From: Octopus bimaculoides
Lineage: Eukaryota
Reading direction: 5' to 3'
NCBI RefSeq assembly: GCF_001194135.2
Contig: NC_068996.1
Coordinates: forward strand, 37,753,710-37,817,709
Length of the DNA: 64,000 nucleotides
The notes below the pieces were generated by a model. That model was not told the DNA's origin. It did not search any database and worked only from the letters and a program-made list of their open reading frames with translations. Every line of letters starts with the position of its first letter. Position 1 is the stretch's first letter. Below are positions 25,480 through 38,100 of this stretch, one piece after another. The position numbers were made by a program, and so were the translations under genes.

Positions 25480-25800
25480 ATCTGTGGTTTAGAAATTAGG
25501 GTATTCAGCTCACGATCATAAGGTTATAAGTTTGATACACAGCAGCACACTGTATCCTTGAACATGAAACTTTATTTCACCTTGCTGTAGTTTATTCAGC
25601 TGGCTAAAGTGAGTTGTACCTGTATTTTAAAGGGTCAGCCTTGCCATATTCTGTGTCACTCTGAATCTCCATGAGAATCGCATTAAGGGTATGTGCATCT
25701 GTGGAGTGCTCAGCCACTTGCACATTAATTTCATGAGCAAGCTGTTCCATTGACCAGATCAACTGAAACACTCATCGTCATAACCAATGGAGTGCCAGTT
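25480..25800 (+). mobile_element. tRNA-derived SINE (family E-related), ending ~100 bp upstream of exon 4
   Basis: gtatccttgaacatgaaactttatttcaccttgct core similar to 5765-5800. Confidence 0.6.
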
Positions 25801-25898
25801 TTTTTTGTTTTGTTTTTTTGTAAGTCATCCTGAATGTGAATGGAATTATAGTAGAAGACAAACTCATAACGATTCCTTTTTTTGTTTGTTTTTTTCAG

Positions 25899-25984
25899 TC
25901 TTTGCTGAAATTAACATCATCCCTCCTGAAGAAAGACATAGTTCTGCCACCAGATATTCCAAGTGAAGATGGTAAAGAACATAA
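25899..25984 (+). CDS. FCHSD2: FCHSD2/nwk exon (equivalent to human exon 4): SLLKLTSSLLKKDIVLPPDIPSEDGKEH, 86 nt, phase 0 to 2
   Basis: T-rich acceptor ttttttcag|TCT; donor CATAA|gtaagt; open only in this frame; joins the next exon in frame. Confidence 0.85.
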
Positions 25985-28900
25985 GTAAGTATCTTTGCTT
26001 TGTATCAATATAATTTGAGTCCTGGAGTAATGAAGTGTTTGAGAATATTGTGTTATATTATGGTAATGGCGGTAGTCATGGGAATTGATTAGTAATTTGT
26101 TCTTTGGATTAGAAATTGAATATATGTGTACTATCATATCATGATGAAATGTATATATTATGTGCATATGTATATACATACATATGTAAAAAATACTGAT
26201 GGGCAGCTTGATGTTATAAAGAAGTATGTAGATAAATACAGAAATAGACACACTCAGACAAACACATACACAAACACAACATACATGTTCCTGAAAAATA
26301 GGAAAGAAATAAAAGAGAAAGAGTGTGAAAGAAAAAGAGGGAGAGAGAAATGCAAGGAGTTAAAATGTTTCTTAATAAATATGAAAATTGCTAACATTTT
26401 GAAAATAATAATTTCTTTCGTGATCATGGTTTTAAACATGGGCACAAGGCTACAAATTTGAAGGTAGTATACAGTCTATAAAATCAAACCCAGGATCTGT
26501 TTTGTACTAATTTTATCAACTCCCAAAAGGATGAAAGACAACATCAATCTCAGTGGAATTCGAACTGGGAACATAAAGAGATGTAATTGAACACAGTTAT
26601 TTTACCCAATGCTCTTCTAAGTTGTCCCATATTTTTATAGTAATAAATAACATGACCCAACAAAAAAAATTTTTTTTCCCTGTTGTTAAAAAATTTGTGC
26701 CTGAACTAGGGGTTTTTTGATACACAAAATCCAAAAGTGTCATCCATGTATTACTATTATGTCAAGATTTTCAAGACATTAGATCCTAGAATTTCATTGT
26801 TTTTTCAATGAAATAGTTTATAAGGTACAAGGCATAGTATACAAAGATACATAGAAGTTGGTTTTTCTTCAAAACCAGAATGTTTTCTTAAAATTCTGCT
26901 GAAAAACTAGTTAAAATCTTTAAATGTCTACAGACAAATTTTGTCATTGTTTATGCTTAATTTCTCATGAATTTGTATTGAGTGCTGAACCTCAGGAAGA
27001 TCACAAGCTAAGCTCCAGTTATAGTCTGCAAGTCTCATGTGCTGTGATACCTTTGTGCCATTGATTTTTATGCTTTGATGGAAATGTTCTCCCTGCTTGT
27101 CACTTGTGTCACCAAGATTTTTGGGAATTTATCAAAGCGACTGTTGAGATAGTGCAACTTTATGGTCAAATTTGCACCCAACTTTTGGAAGTTCTCCAGT
27201 ATGCCACTGACTATTTTGGCATAGTTGGTTGTTTTCCTGTTGCCCAGAAAGTGAAAGCATAGTCCATTTTTATTCAGAGCTTTAACAAACTGCTTCATAA
27301 TGCCAAGTTTGATATGGAATGGAAGTAGAATGATTTTACCAGGTTGAATTGCAGGCTCTTCAAACACATTAAAAGATGAAATTTAAAGTTGAACTAGTTA
27401 GAATTTGAACTCAGTCATAGATAATGACTGATATGAACATGCTATTATAACTCTTTCAGGGATATTCTTTTACTGTGAAACATTAGGGATTTTGTATTAT
27501 GATGATTTATAGCAAGACAAATCTTCTAAAAGATTTCTCTGTTCAATAACCATATTTATTCTATTGAATTTCATTATTTAATAGTTTTTTTCTTGTTCTT
27601 TTGTGTTAGGTTTTGCTATTTCTTTTTTTAAAATAGCAATTGCACTCAAACAGAAACTTGTAAACTATATTTACTGATTTTACGAACCTCAAGGAACAAT
27701 ATTTTGAACAACAATTTTCAGATTGATGAAATTGTTAGAGCATTTGCAGTAGCATAGCAAAGCCTTTTAGCATCTGGTGGATGGGGGTACAAAGATATCT
27801 TCGACACATATTGATTAACACTTTGATTGACAGAGAAATTCTTGCTTCTCATTACATTTGCATTTGAGAGTGTGACCATCACCTCTTTCCTTCATTCATG
27901 CTTCACCTCTCAATTATTATCATTATTTAACATGATTTCCTTGCTGGTATGGGTTGGACGGTTTGACTGGAGCACCAGACTTTAGCTGTGTGCTTTGGCA
28001 TGATTTCTACAGTTGGATGCCTTTCCTAACGCCAACCACCTTACAGAGTATACCAGGTCCTTTTTACATAGTGCTGGTATGGCTGCTCTGTATGTGACGC
28101 CAGCACGGGTGTTCCCTACATGATGCTGGCATGAGTGCTCTTTATGTGGTGCCAGCACAGGTGCTTAGTAGTATTTAGTTATGGCCCTTTATGTTCAAGG
28201 TTCAAATCCCAGCAAGGCCAGCTTTACTTTATATCCTTCTGGTGTTGATCTAATGAATATCCTCTGCCCCCACCCCCCAGTATTTCTAGCCTTGTGCTTA
28301 TGTCAGAAAGCAATTGTTACATTTTTCATCTTAATATTTTATCAAATTTTTAGGTGTTTTTGTATATTAATTCTACTTTTTTGTTTCTAGTTATTTATTT
28401 ATTTTTCATAAAAGAAACTTTTTTACAGAAAGTTAAAATCTTATAAATTTTGCTGATGGCTTATATTAATTTATTTATATATTTTCAATTGTATTAATTA
28501 CAAATCTGAAAAAAAAAAAAAAAACTATTTGAATGTGTTTCATTTTTCCATTTCATGCTTACTAGGCAAAGTATAGGAAGGTATGTTTCTGTTATTGCAC
28601 TGTTGCAATTGTGTTGCCTTTGTGTGTGTACACATGTATGTGTGCATACACTTTTGTCAGCTTTGCTTTTTTTTTATATCAAGTCTTCTATTGACTGAGT
28701 TATTTTTTTCTCCCTTCAAAAGGCAAATATTTTTTTTTTATTCTTTACCCTTTTTTTTTTTAGCTGTGTTGTTAAGAAGCTCTCTTTTCAACCACATGGT
28801 TGGGGTTTAGTCTCACTGCGTGACACCTTGCACAAATACCTCATATCAAAGTCTTGGCCTCTGGGCCAATCAGTGGTTTCATAAACAAAAACTGTGTGGA

Positions 28901-31318
28901 AGCCCAACCTATGCATGTATGTATGTACATCTTTGTGTTTGTGATATCCTTCCCTGCACCACAACCTCCACCAACAACACCACTTGACAACAGGTGTTGG
29001 TTTGTTTACCACCCCTGTAACTTAACAAGAAAGACCAATAGAATAAATACTAGACTTACAGCATAAATACTGGGGTTGGTTTGTTCACTTCAAAGCAGTA
29101 CCCCTGTATGGCTACAGTCCAGTGACTGAAACAAATAAAGGATGAAAAAAGTAAAACATACACTAAAAGTTCTTGTTTAATAGAAAATATGCATGCGGAT
29201 ACTCTGAATAACAAAGCAAAAGCTATCAACTTACAAATTAAATAATTAGAGTTTACAGTATGTATTGAGTATATTATATATGTTAATGATGGCAGTTTCT
29301 TTGAGTTCAGATGATGAGAAAGAGTTGCATGCTCCTGAGTGGGTTTGTAAGCTGATCCTTAATGTTGCAGGGCTTTTCTTTCTGCCTGCACTTAGTAGTT
29401 TTAAAGTGAGGGTTAGTCCATGCAATCAGATCCGACTATTTAGACTTAGAGGTCTGACCACAGTGACTCACCAGGTTAAGGCAGTTGCAGTGACCAGCAG
29501 CAAGTTGTGGGTTTTATGTTGGAGTGACACCTACTCAAAAAAATGTTAAACACTATGAGACACGAAAACATAAAATTGAAAACATAGAAAACGAACTTTT
29601 TCCGAACAACGAAAAAGACAAACAGAGAAACAAGACATGCAACATAAAGAGTATACCCCTTCGTCAGTTGTCCCTGTTCCATCTACTCCACGTTTCGAAG
29701 GCAAGGACAATACACGACTTCGTTGAAACAGTCCTTCCCACAAAGCAAATTAACTAAAATTTGGGATTTTTGCGGAGGGTGAAAGTGTTAACAAGAACAG
29801 GACAGTGAGAACAAGACAGTAAAAACAAACAGTGAGGGATGTTGAGCCAAGACAATAGAAAAATTATTATGAAAGGCTAGGTAGACAAGCCATGAGGAGA
29901 CAGGAAAAAGCACGTCCTTTTTTAGCAAGGAAGTGGACAGAAAGAGAGATCCCCTTTCATTACGTGTCAGCGATGAGAGAGTCAAGGTGGAAGAGTAAGG
30001 GAGAGAGGGAACAGTGAAAGGGAGAAAAGAATAGGAAAAGGGTGGGAGAGAAAAACAGAAAGGATGAAGAACAAGAGAGGGAGAGAGAGAGAGACAGACA
30101 GAGAGGAGATAGTAGAAGAGTGCGCATCATAATTATTAAGATAAAACTTACTTGGAAAAGGATGCGTGGCGTTCGATAATATAATAATATAAATAATATA
30201 TAAATGTATGCATATATCCATACATGTATGTATATACCTACATATATATGTATATATACATGCATATATGGTTACAGGACATCAAAAAACGTTAAACACA
30301 ATGAGAAACGAAAACATAGAAAACGAACCTTTTTTTCGAACAATGAAAAGAACAGAAACCTGACATGTAACATAAAGAGTATACCCCTTCGTCAGTTGTC
30401 CCTGTTTCATCTAGTCCACGTTTTGAAGGCAAGGACAATACGCGACTTCGTTGAAACAGTCCTTCCTGCAAAGCAAATTAAATAAAATTTTGGATTTTTT
30501 GCGGAGGGTTACATACATACATACATGCATGCATGCATACATACATACATACATACATGCATGCATGCATGCATATATACATACATACATGCATGCATGC
30601 ATACATACATACATGCATGCATGCATGCATACATACATACATACATACATACATACATACACATATATATACATACATATACATATATGCAGACATGACA
30701 GTAGTGAAAAAGTTTAGTTTGCAACCCTATGCTTTGAGCATCAGTTGCACTCTGTTGCACCTTGTGCAACTATCTCCTGCTCTAGCCCTGGGTTAACCTA
30801 AGCCTTGTGAGTCGGCCATGTGGGCAGAAACTGCAAAGGAGCTCATGTCTTTCTGTCTTCTGATGTTAACATCACATGGTAATTGCAAACAAATAATACT
30901 GTGATACAAGCAGTGCTGTTGTTTTGCAATCTGCTAGGGAAACATGTTCACACTAGCAAAAAGTAGTACTTTCATTACTTTACTTGGAAACAGGTGAAGG
31001 TTGGCAACATGAAAAGTATCTGGCTCTGGAAAATTTGCCTCAGAGAATCCCATCTAACCCATTCAAGCATGGAAAAAGTAGATGTGAAAACAACAATTAC
31101 ATAAGTCACCTGACAGTAAATCAAAATTCCATAAATACTTAATATTCAGTTTTATTCATTCATTCATTCCAATTATGAATGTTTAATAATGCTGTGAGTT
31201 AAAATCAGTTTTTTCAACATTTGTCTATTTATCAGTGAGGTCTCATATAAAATTATTTTTTGTTCTAAGCTTGGAATTAAATGGCTTTGATTGACTGTCA
31301 GGTGACTTTTGGCCAATC

Positions 31319-31363
<45 letters not shown>

Positions 31364-34300
31364 TGTTACCAGTTCAAATATGCTTGAGGCATAGTCATAC
31401 CTGTAAGAAAGCCATTCACTGTAATTTGTCATGGAGAGAACTTCTCGCTGTAAGCAGATGTCAACACACTAGCAAGAAATTTTCTCAATAACAAAATAGT
31501 ATGAATGACTTTCTTACGAGTTCAAATATGACTCAAGCATATTTTGAACTCTTGTATTTATATACACCACTGCTTAGCACTTTCCTTCCATGTGTGTGGG
31601 TGTGTGTGTGCGCATATGTATATGTATGTATGTATATATATATATATATATAAATATATACCATACATACACATATATATGTATGTGTGTGTATATGTGT
31701 CTGTGTGTGTATGTAAATTTGTGTGTGTGTGTGTATATATATATTTGAATGAATATGTATGCATATATAGAGAGAGCGAGTGAACAATCAAATGGGAGTA
31801 GTACTCAACACATAGTTGGAGTTGTATTTATTGAGTAACAGGCTGATTTTGCTTTTCATGTTACTTAAAGTTTCCCAAGTGATGAAAAAAGAAAACATGC
31901 CCAGCTGGTCTGATATTCAGAAGCTAAAGCTTTGTGTTTGAATGTACAAGGACATGGTTCTGTTTTTTCACTGCCATTTTACTTTAAGTAACATGAGGAG
32001 CTAAATCAACCAGATATTCAATAAAAGTGTGTGTTTCAAAGTAAATTTCCAAAATTGGTTAATAGGGATATATAATCCTAGCGAGTATCATGCTTGCTCT
32101 TATTGTTTAACAATACTGGCTAACCTCAGTGAATGTAGATAAACCCCAGTTAGTTAAATATACTATACTCAGTTGATCCTCACTTTGGTAATTCTAAATA
32201 TCTTTATAGAGACTACATAGTGTTGGTAGAGAAGAAATAATAAATTAATGAATATCAGGAGAACAGAGATTTACATATCCAGGTTTTATTATACAATTAA
32301 TCACATCTTTCTGACAAATAAACCCGTGTAGATATTGATAAAGAAAGATGTGATTAGCTGTATAATATAACCTGGATATGCAAATTTCTGTTCTTCTGAT
32401 ATTTATTAATTTATACATATATATATATATATATATGTACACACACATACATATATATATACACACATACATATAACATTCTTGTAATAGTACCATAGAT
32501 GATAAGCTGAATGTATGAAACTAAAGTGTTTATTTTATTGTTGTGGTAACCATGTTTACTTTGTTGTAAACTTATATAAGATTATCGTTGTATTCCACCC
32601 CCATTTATTTTCTGCTTGTATTTCACCCTCTTTTTCCTTATTCATTTATCCTCATCACATTAATAAGTATACTAGAAAATGTATACTGCAATTAATCATA
32701 TTAAATGGTGAATGCCGTATATTAAGGAGGTAAGCTACCAGTGAGGCAAGTTTCACAACCTGTTTTTCTGTTATATTCCTTTTTATGCTAATTTGGTTCC
32801 ACTCATATAACCAATACTTTTAAGAAAAGTTTGCAAATTACATAAGTTGAATGCTCTGGGAGTAGGGGAATAGTATTGACAAGCAGAGTCCTTCATCAGG
32901 GAAAACTTATTAAATTTGTGAACTTTACTAAAAGATTTTGCTAAAGCATCACCTTATTCCCTCAGACTCTTCCCTCACCCACCTATTAAATATATTCTTT
33001 ATAAAATGAATAACCAGCATAAGCTTATATCTAATATCTGTGGACTGAAACCTTAGATTTATAGAAGATAAAGTAGTTTGCACTTGATTCCTAAAAAGAA
33101 AAAAACACTGTAACATAGACGTGGGTGAAATTTCTCTCTCTCTTTATTATATGTATGTGCATTTGATCATAGCAGGTAACAGCTAGCCTTTGGCCACCAT
33201 TGTGTCTACTACTCTGATTGGTTGATATTGGCCCAATTTGGCTCTTACTTTGTCGCTCCAATTTGCTGCATGAGACAGCCAGTTCTCAACCCAGTTTTGA
33301 GCCTACAAAACTATTCATTTCAATGAATGTAATATTTAATAAGCAGTATCCTATGTTAAGGTTTATTCCATTTATTAAACATATTTTTGTTTGCTTTCTG
33401 CTAATCAGTGTTCCTTTAACCATTTAGCATTTAAACTAGCTGTATCTGACCCAAATATTCTACCTGCTTCAAGTTCAAACTGATCAGAATTAGCCTCTCA
33501 CACTTACCCTACATTGTCATTCTAAAAATATAGAATCATGTCATTGAAATCTCAAAACATGATTAATTCGAAATGGTGTGAATAAATAAGCATTACATTT
33601 GACAGAGTAATGGGTTAACTTACACCCATGTTTTATATTATATTTATTTGTTTGTAATTAATCACCTAGCTGAAAGCAAACAAAAGTACATTTAATAAAT
33701 ATTATTCATTGAATGTAATATTATTTTCTTATATTCTAAGGAATAAAGTACACACTCATATATCTTTTATAAATCTAAAGCTTTGGTTCACAGATATATA
33801 ATCTTGTGTTGGTCATTCTTTTCATAAAGAATATATCTAAAAGTTCAGGGAAAGGCTGTGAGGGAAGAAGTGGAACAAATGGTGATGTTTCAGCAAAAAT
33901 TTCTGGTCAAGTTGATTACTGTATATTGTTGATATGTTATAGCTGAATACACATTGGTATCCATGGATTGGATATTTTTCAATGTTAGTATTATTAAATA
34001 TAAAACTATCTCTATCTTCCAGTTACTAAAGTTTAAATTGTTGGCCATTTTCAAATTACATATAAATAATATGAGATGACTATAACTAATCCCCAGGAGA
34101 AAGATTTTATATTGTAAAAAGTAAATAACTCATGTATAATGAAAGGAAATATCTTTACTGCTTTACTAGGGATCCTTCATTGGAGAATAATTTGGAATTA
34201 GTTATCCAACAGCCTTTTCTTTTTTTTAATTTTTTTTTTTTTAAGCAAAAATTTAACAAGTGTAAGACTTAAATTTTCGCAATAGGTACTTGAAATAAAG

Positions 34301-35074
34301 TGATTTAAGTGATATTTAACCACTTGATACGTTGCATTGTGAAGCATATTCAGGATAGAGTAAAGCACTTAATTTGGAGGAACTGTTAAGTCAAGTAGTT
34401 TTATTAACTGTAAGAAAACAAAGGGTTTGGATGAGTTAGTCACATATTATGGTTTTAACCTAAACAGCCTGATATTTCACTATACCCCTCTCCCTTTGAC
34501 TAAAAAACCCCCCACAGACATGATTTTCTCATAACCTTTTTAAAAAGATTTAATTTCAATTATGTAACTGATAAAAAAAAAGGAAAATATAATCTTTTTT
34601 TTCTTTTTTATTTTTGTTATTAGTACCAAAAAGATTCTTTAAACTGCTAAATTCTTCATTTCTTCTTTTTACTTCGTTTTTTGAGAAACTATAGGTTTTA
34701 AGTTATTTAGTATCTATTTCTCATTATATATACTCAGTCAGAGACTGAACTCACAAATATTTATTTTATGCACAGTTCTAAAATGTTTAACTATAATGCC
34801 ATCATATTTAAGGAAAGTTTAATTTTTTTTACACTATTGATAGCGATATTGGACTACATGGTATATTGTTTAATCCTAAGTCAGCTTTGTCCCATCATTC
34901 AGACACCCCCACTCCCAACCAAATCAGCTATATCCAATATGTCCTCCATCTTTTAAGAAATTTAGATGTGCGTTGAGAGAAATTTGCCTACCATTTGTAG
35001 CAGGTGATATGGTTCCAAAGTGATTCTTTCATTGGCTCGTTAGTGCTAATTTTGGGGAATTAGGTACTCGTCAA

Positions 35075-35115
<41 letters not shown>

Positions 35116-38100
35116 TCCGTTATTTAATTTATACATTCTTCTCAGTGGTTCATTGTGCAAATAATGGTAACTGAGAACATAGTAAATCTAGGTGAGTGAA
35201 ACTCAGTATGGCAACCACTTATGGAATGAGTTGAAATATTCCTCAAATTGATGTACTTCTTTGTATTACATGTCTGTGGTATAGTACACAAGCATGTTGG
35301 AAATTTGCATGAAATGAACTGTTTGTGATTCAGTCTGAACTTGAGTACATGTATATATATTTGGCACCTGTTATCAAAGGTTGACTAAAAACTTTTCAAA
35401 CTATCTATAATTTTAAAATATAAAAATATAAAAGAAAGGATGAGGATAAAATTGTATAAAAAGATTTTCATTCCTTGTAAAACATTTTTTTCTTCTTTAT
35501 TCCTAAATTTTATTTTTATCATAATAAATTTAAAAATTTAATCTTATCATAATAAATTAAGAAATTTTAATATTTTCCTATTTTCCATACTGCTTCTATC
35601 CAGTAACCAAAATAGGTAAATTTATTTGGATTTTTTTTTTTTAAATTCAAGTAAAATAATTTTTTTTCTTTGTCTATTTGTGCATATATTTTTACATATA
35701 TTTGCATGATTGTTGGTTATTAATATCTGTTTGATTATTGATAAAATTTTGGAGTTGTGATTGTTTGGCAAGTGATGTAAACTGAAACCCTGTGTTGGAA
35801 CAGAAACAGTTACGTCACAGAAAAGTCATTTTAGTTATTTAAGAAAATGCTTCTGCTATATCTGCTTGCAGAGGAACTGCATCAGTGACCAAGTTGCAAA
35901 AGTGCAGCAAAACTTTTTGTCGCTTCATAATATACAATACTAAAAGAAATTGAGTGGAATACTTTTAGTGTGTTTTTAAATGTCTAACGTAATTCTTCCA
36001 TGATGTTGTCGCTTTAATGAATTACTTTAAATGTATTTAATTGGAATTTTACCAAAATATGTATTTAATCAAAATGGTAATTCCACTTTTTTATTATGTT
36101 CATTGCATTTGCTACTTATTTTTCTTTCTTTTTTCTTTTTTTTTTTTTGTGGGGTATGTGTTTGTGTGCTTTTATACAGTAATTCTATTCAAGCATTTCA
36201 ATATTTGAAGTTAAAACATATTATTTATAAGTTTTCTAAATTAGAAAGATTTAATTAAGTCTAAAAAGATAATGTAATAAAATATTAAATATTATAATCA
36301 TTAAAAATAGTGAGAATCAAAATTATATGATTTTTTTTAATGTTTTTAATGTCATAAAAATGTGTGTATGTACCTATATGAATATGTATGTATACAAATA
36401 TATATATGTGTANNNNNNNNNNNNNNNNNNNNNNNNNNNNNNNNNNNNNNNNNNNNNNNNNNNNNNNNNNNNNNNNNNNNNNNNNNNNNNNNNNNNNNNN
36501 NNNNNNNNNNNNNNNNNNNNNNNNNNNNNNNNNNNNNNNNNNNNNNNNNNNNNNNNNNNNNNNNNNNNNNNNNNNNNNNNNNNNNNNNNNNNNNNNNNNN
36601 NNNNNNNNNNNNNNNNNNNNNNNNNNNNNNNNNNNNNNNNNNNNNNNNNNNNNNNNNNNNNNNNNNNNNNNTGTATGTATGTATACATATATATATGTAT
36701 GTATGTATTATGTATACATATATATATATATGTATATATATATAGTGTAGTATATTGCCACTTAAGTGTGGCTGACCCCTAGGGGTGGATGTTACTGTTG
36801 CTTTTAGCCCCAGGAGGACATCTCCTCCAGCTGGCTTATCGACACACGACTGTGTCCTGTTTGCCAAGGGAAGTTATACTACACTTTATCGTGCAGTTAC
36901 TGTTAATACTTCATTTAGAGAATTAACATATATATATATATATGTACATATGTATGCATATAGGTATGTATATATATATATATATATATTGGATTATGAG
37001 ACTGACGCGCTGCCTACTGCGCTACCGAATATATATATATATAATGTGAGAAATGTAAATATTCATTTTAGAACTGCAGTTATTGTTTGGCGACAAATAT
37101 TGGAAGAATTGGAGAAGGTTGCAAAAGCCAGGCTGGCAGCTTCAGAAATATATTATGAGAAGTGTGCAGAACCTGCCAAACCCTTAAAAAATGCAAAAGT
37201 TCAATGTTTGAAAAAGGTAAGAAATGTCTTAGTATTTGAATTTAGATTTTCCTTTTTTTTTTTTTTTTTTTTTTTTTGAGGTAACAAATTATGATTGAAT
37301 GGTAAATATAAATATATAGCTTTATTCGTTTTAAACAGAGTATTTTTATACAGATATAGGCAACCAATGTAGAAAGCAATAAAAAGTGGGTGCTCAGAGA
37401 CAATCACATACATCACCGTTATTAATACTGCAATGTAATTAATGTTATAAATTAAACCCTGTAATAGTAGTTGTGTTCACATTAATATTTTGAAATTCTG
37501 CACAGACATGGCTGTGTGGTAAGAAGCTTGCTTCCCAACCATATGGTTCCAGGTTCAATCCCACTGCATGGTATCTTGGGCAAGTGTCTTCTACTATAAC
37601 CTCAAGCCAACCAAAGCCTTGTGAGTTGATTTGGTAGATGGAAACTGAACAAAGCTTGTTGCATATGTGTGTGTGTGTGTGCGTGTGTGTGTGTGTGTGC
37701 ATGTGTGCGTGTGTGTGTGTATGTGTGCTTGTGTCTGTGTTTGTCCACCACTGCTTGACAACCTGTGTTGGTATTTTACTTCCTTGTAACATAGCAGTTT
37801 GGCAAAAGAGACTGATAGAATAAGTACCTGGCTCAACAAAAAATTAGAACTGGAGTCGATTCATTTGACTAAATATTCTTCAAGGCTTTGCCCCAGCATG
37901 GCCGCAGTCTAATGACTGAAACAAGTAAAAGATAAAAAAAAGGTACATTAAGGTGTTACTAGTTGAAAGCAATGCATGCATATTTACAGGTTTATTTGTT
38001 TCAATTATACTATGCCTATTTTAGAAATTAATATTATTAATTTCTTCTTCATCATTATGACTGAATATTACTTGGAGAGGCATGTTTGACTTCAGCTTTG

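Larger units (their letters stand above)
2902..36671. other. Five assembly gaps: 2902-3275, 6658-6795, 15949-16239, 21409-21523, 36413-36671
   Basis: N runs, each flanked by (TA)n/(TG)n/(TATG)n, which suggests collapsed microsatellites. Confidence 0.97.

Noticed and set aside
25983-25985. Idea that A-to-I editing of the split Lys codon AA|A restores a conserved Arg
   Set aside because: DNA alone gives no evidence of editing, and I cannot confirm that Arg is conserved at this position outside vertebrates.
32875-32905. Minus-strand CTGATGAAGGAC...GTC motif
   Set aside because: No GAAA and no stem I or III pairing; too degraded to call.
35760-36010. TTACGTCA (CRE-like) site and ATG-TCT-AAC|gtaatt as an alternative first exon
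   Set aside because: Out of phase with exon 5, and a single short motif is expected by chance.
2730-36867. Long ORFs spanning N-gaps or microsatellites (poly-YI, HT, CV, ER, SL translations)
   Set aside because: Artefacts of X runs and dinucleotide repeats; no splice or homology support.
36785-37279. 164-aa ORF
   Set aside because: Only 37072-37216 is coding; the upstream part reads through a repeat, (TA)n and the tRNA fragment.
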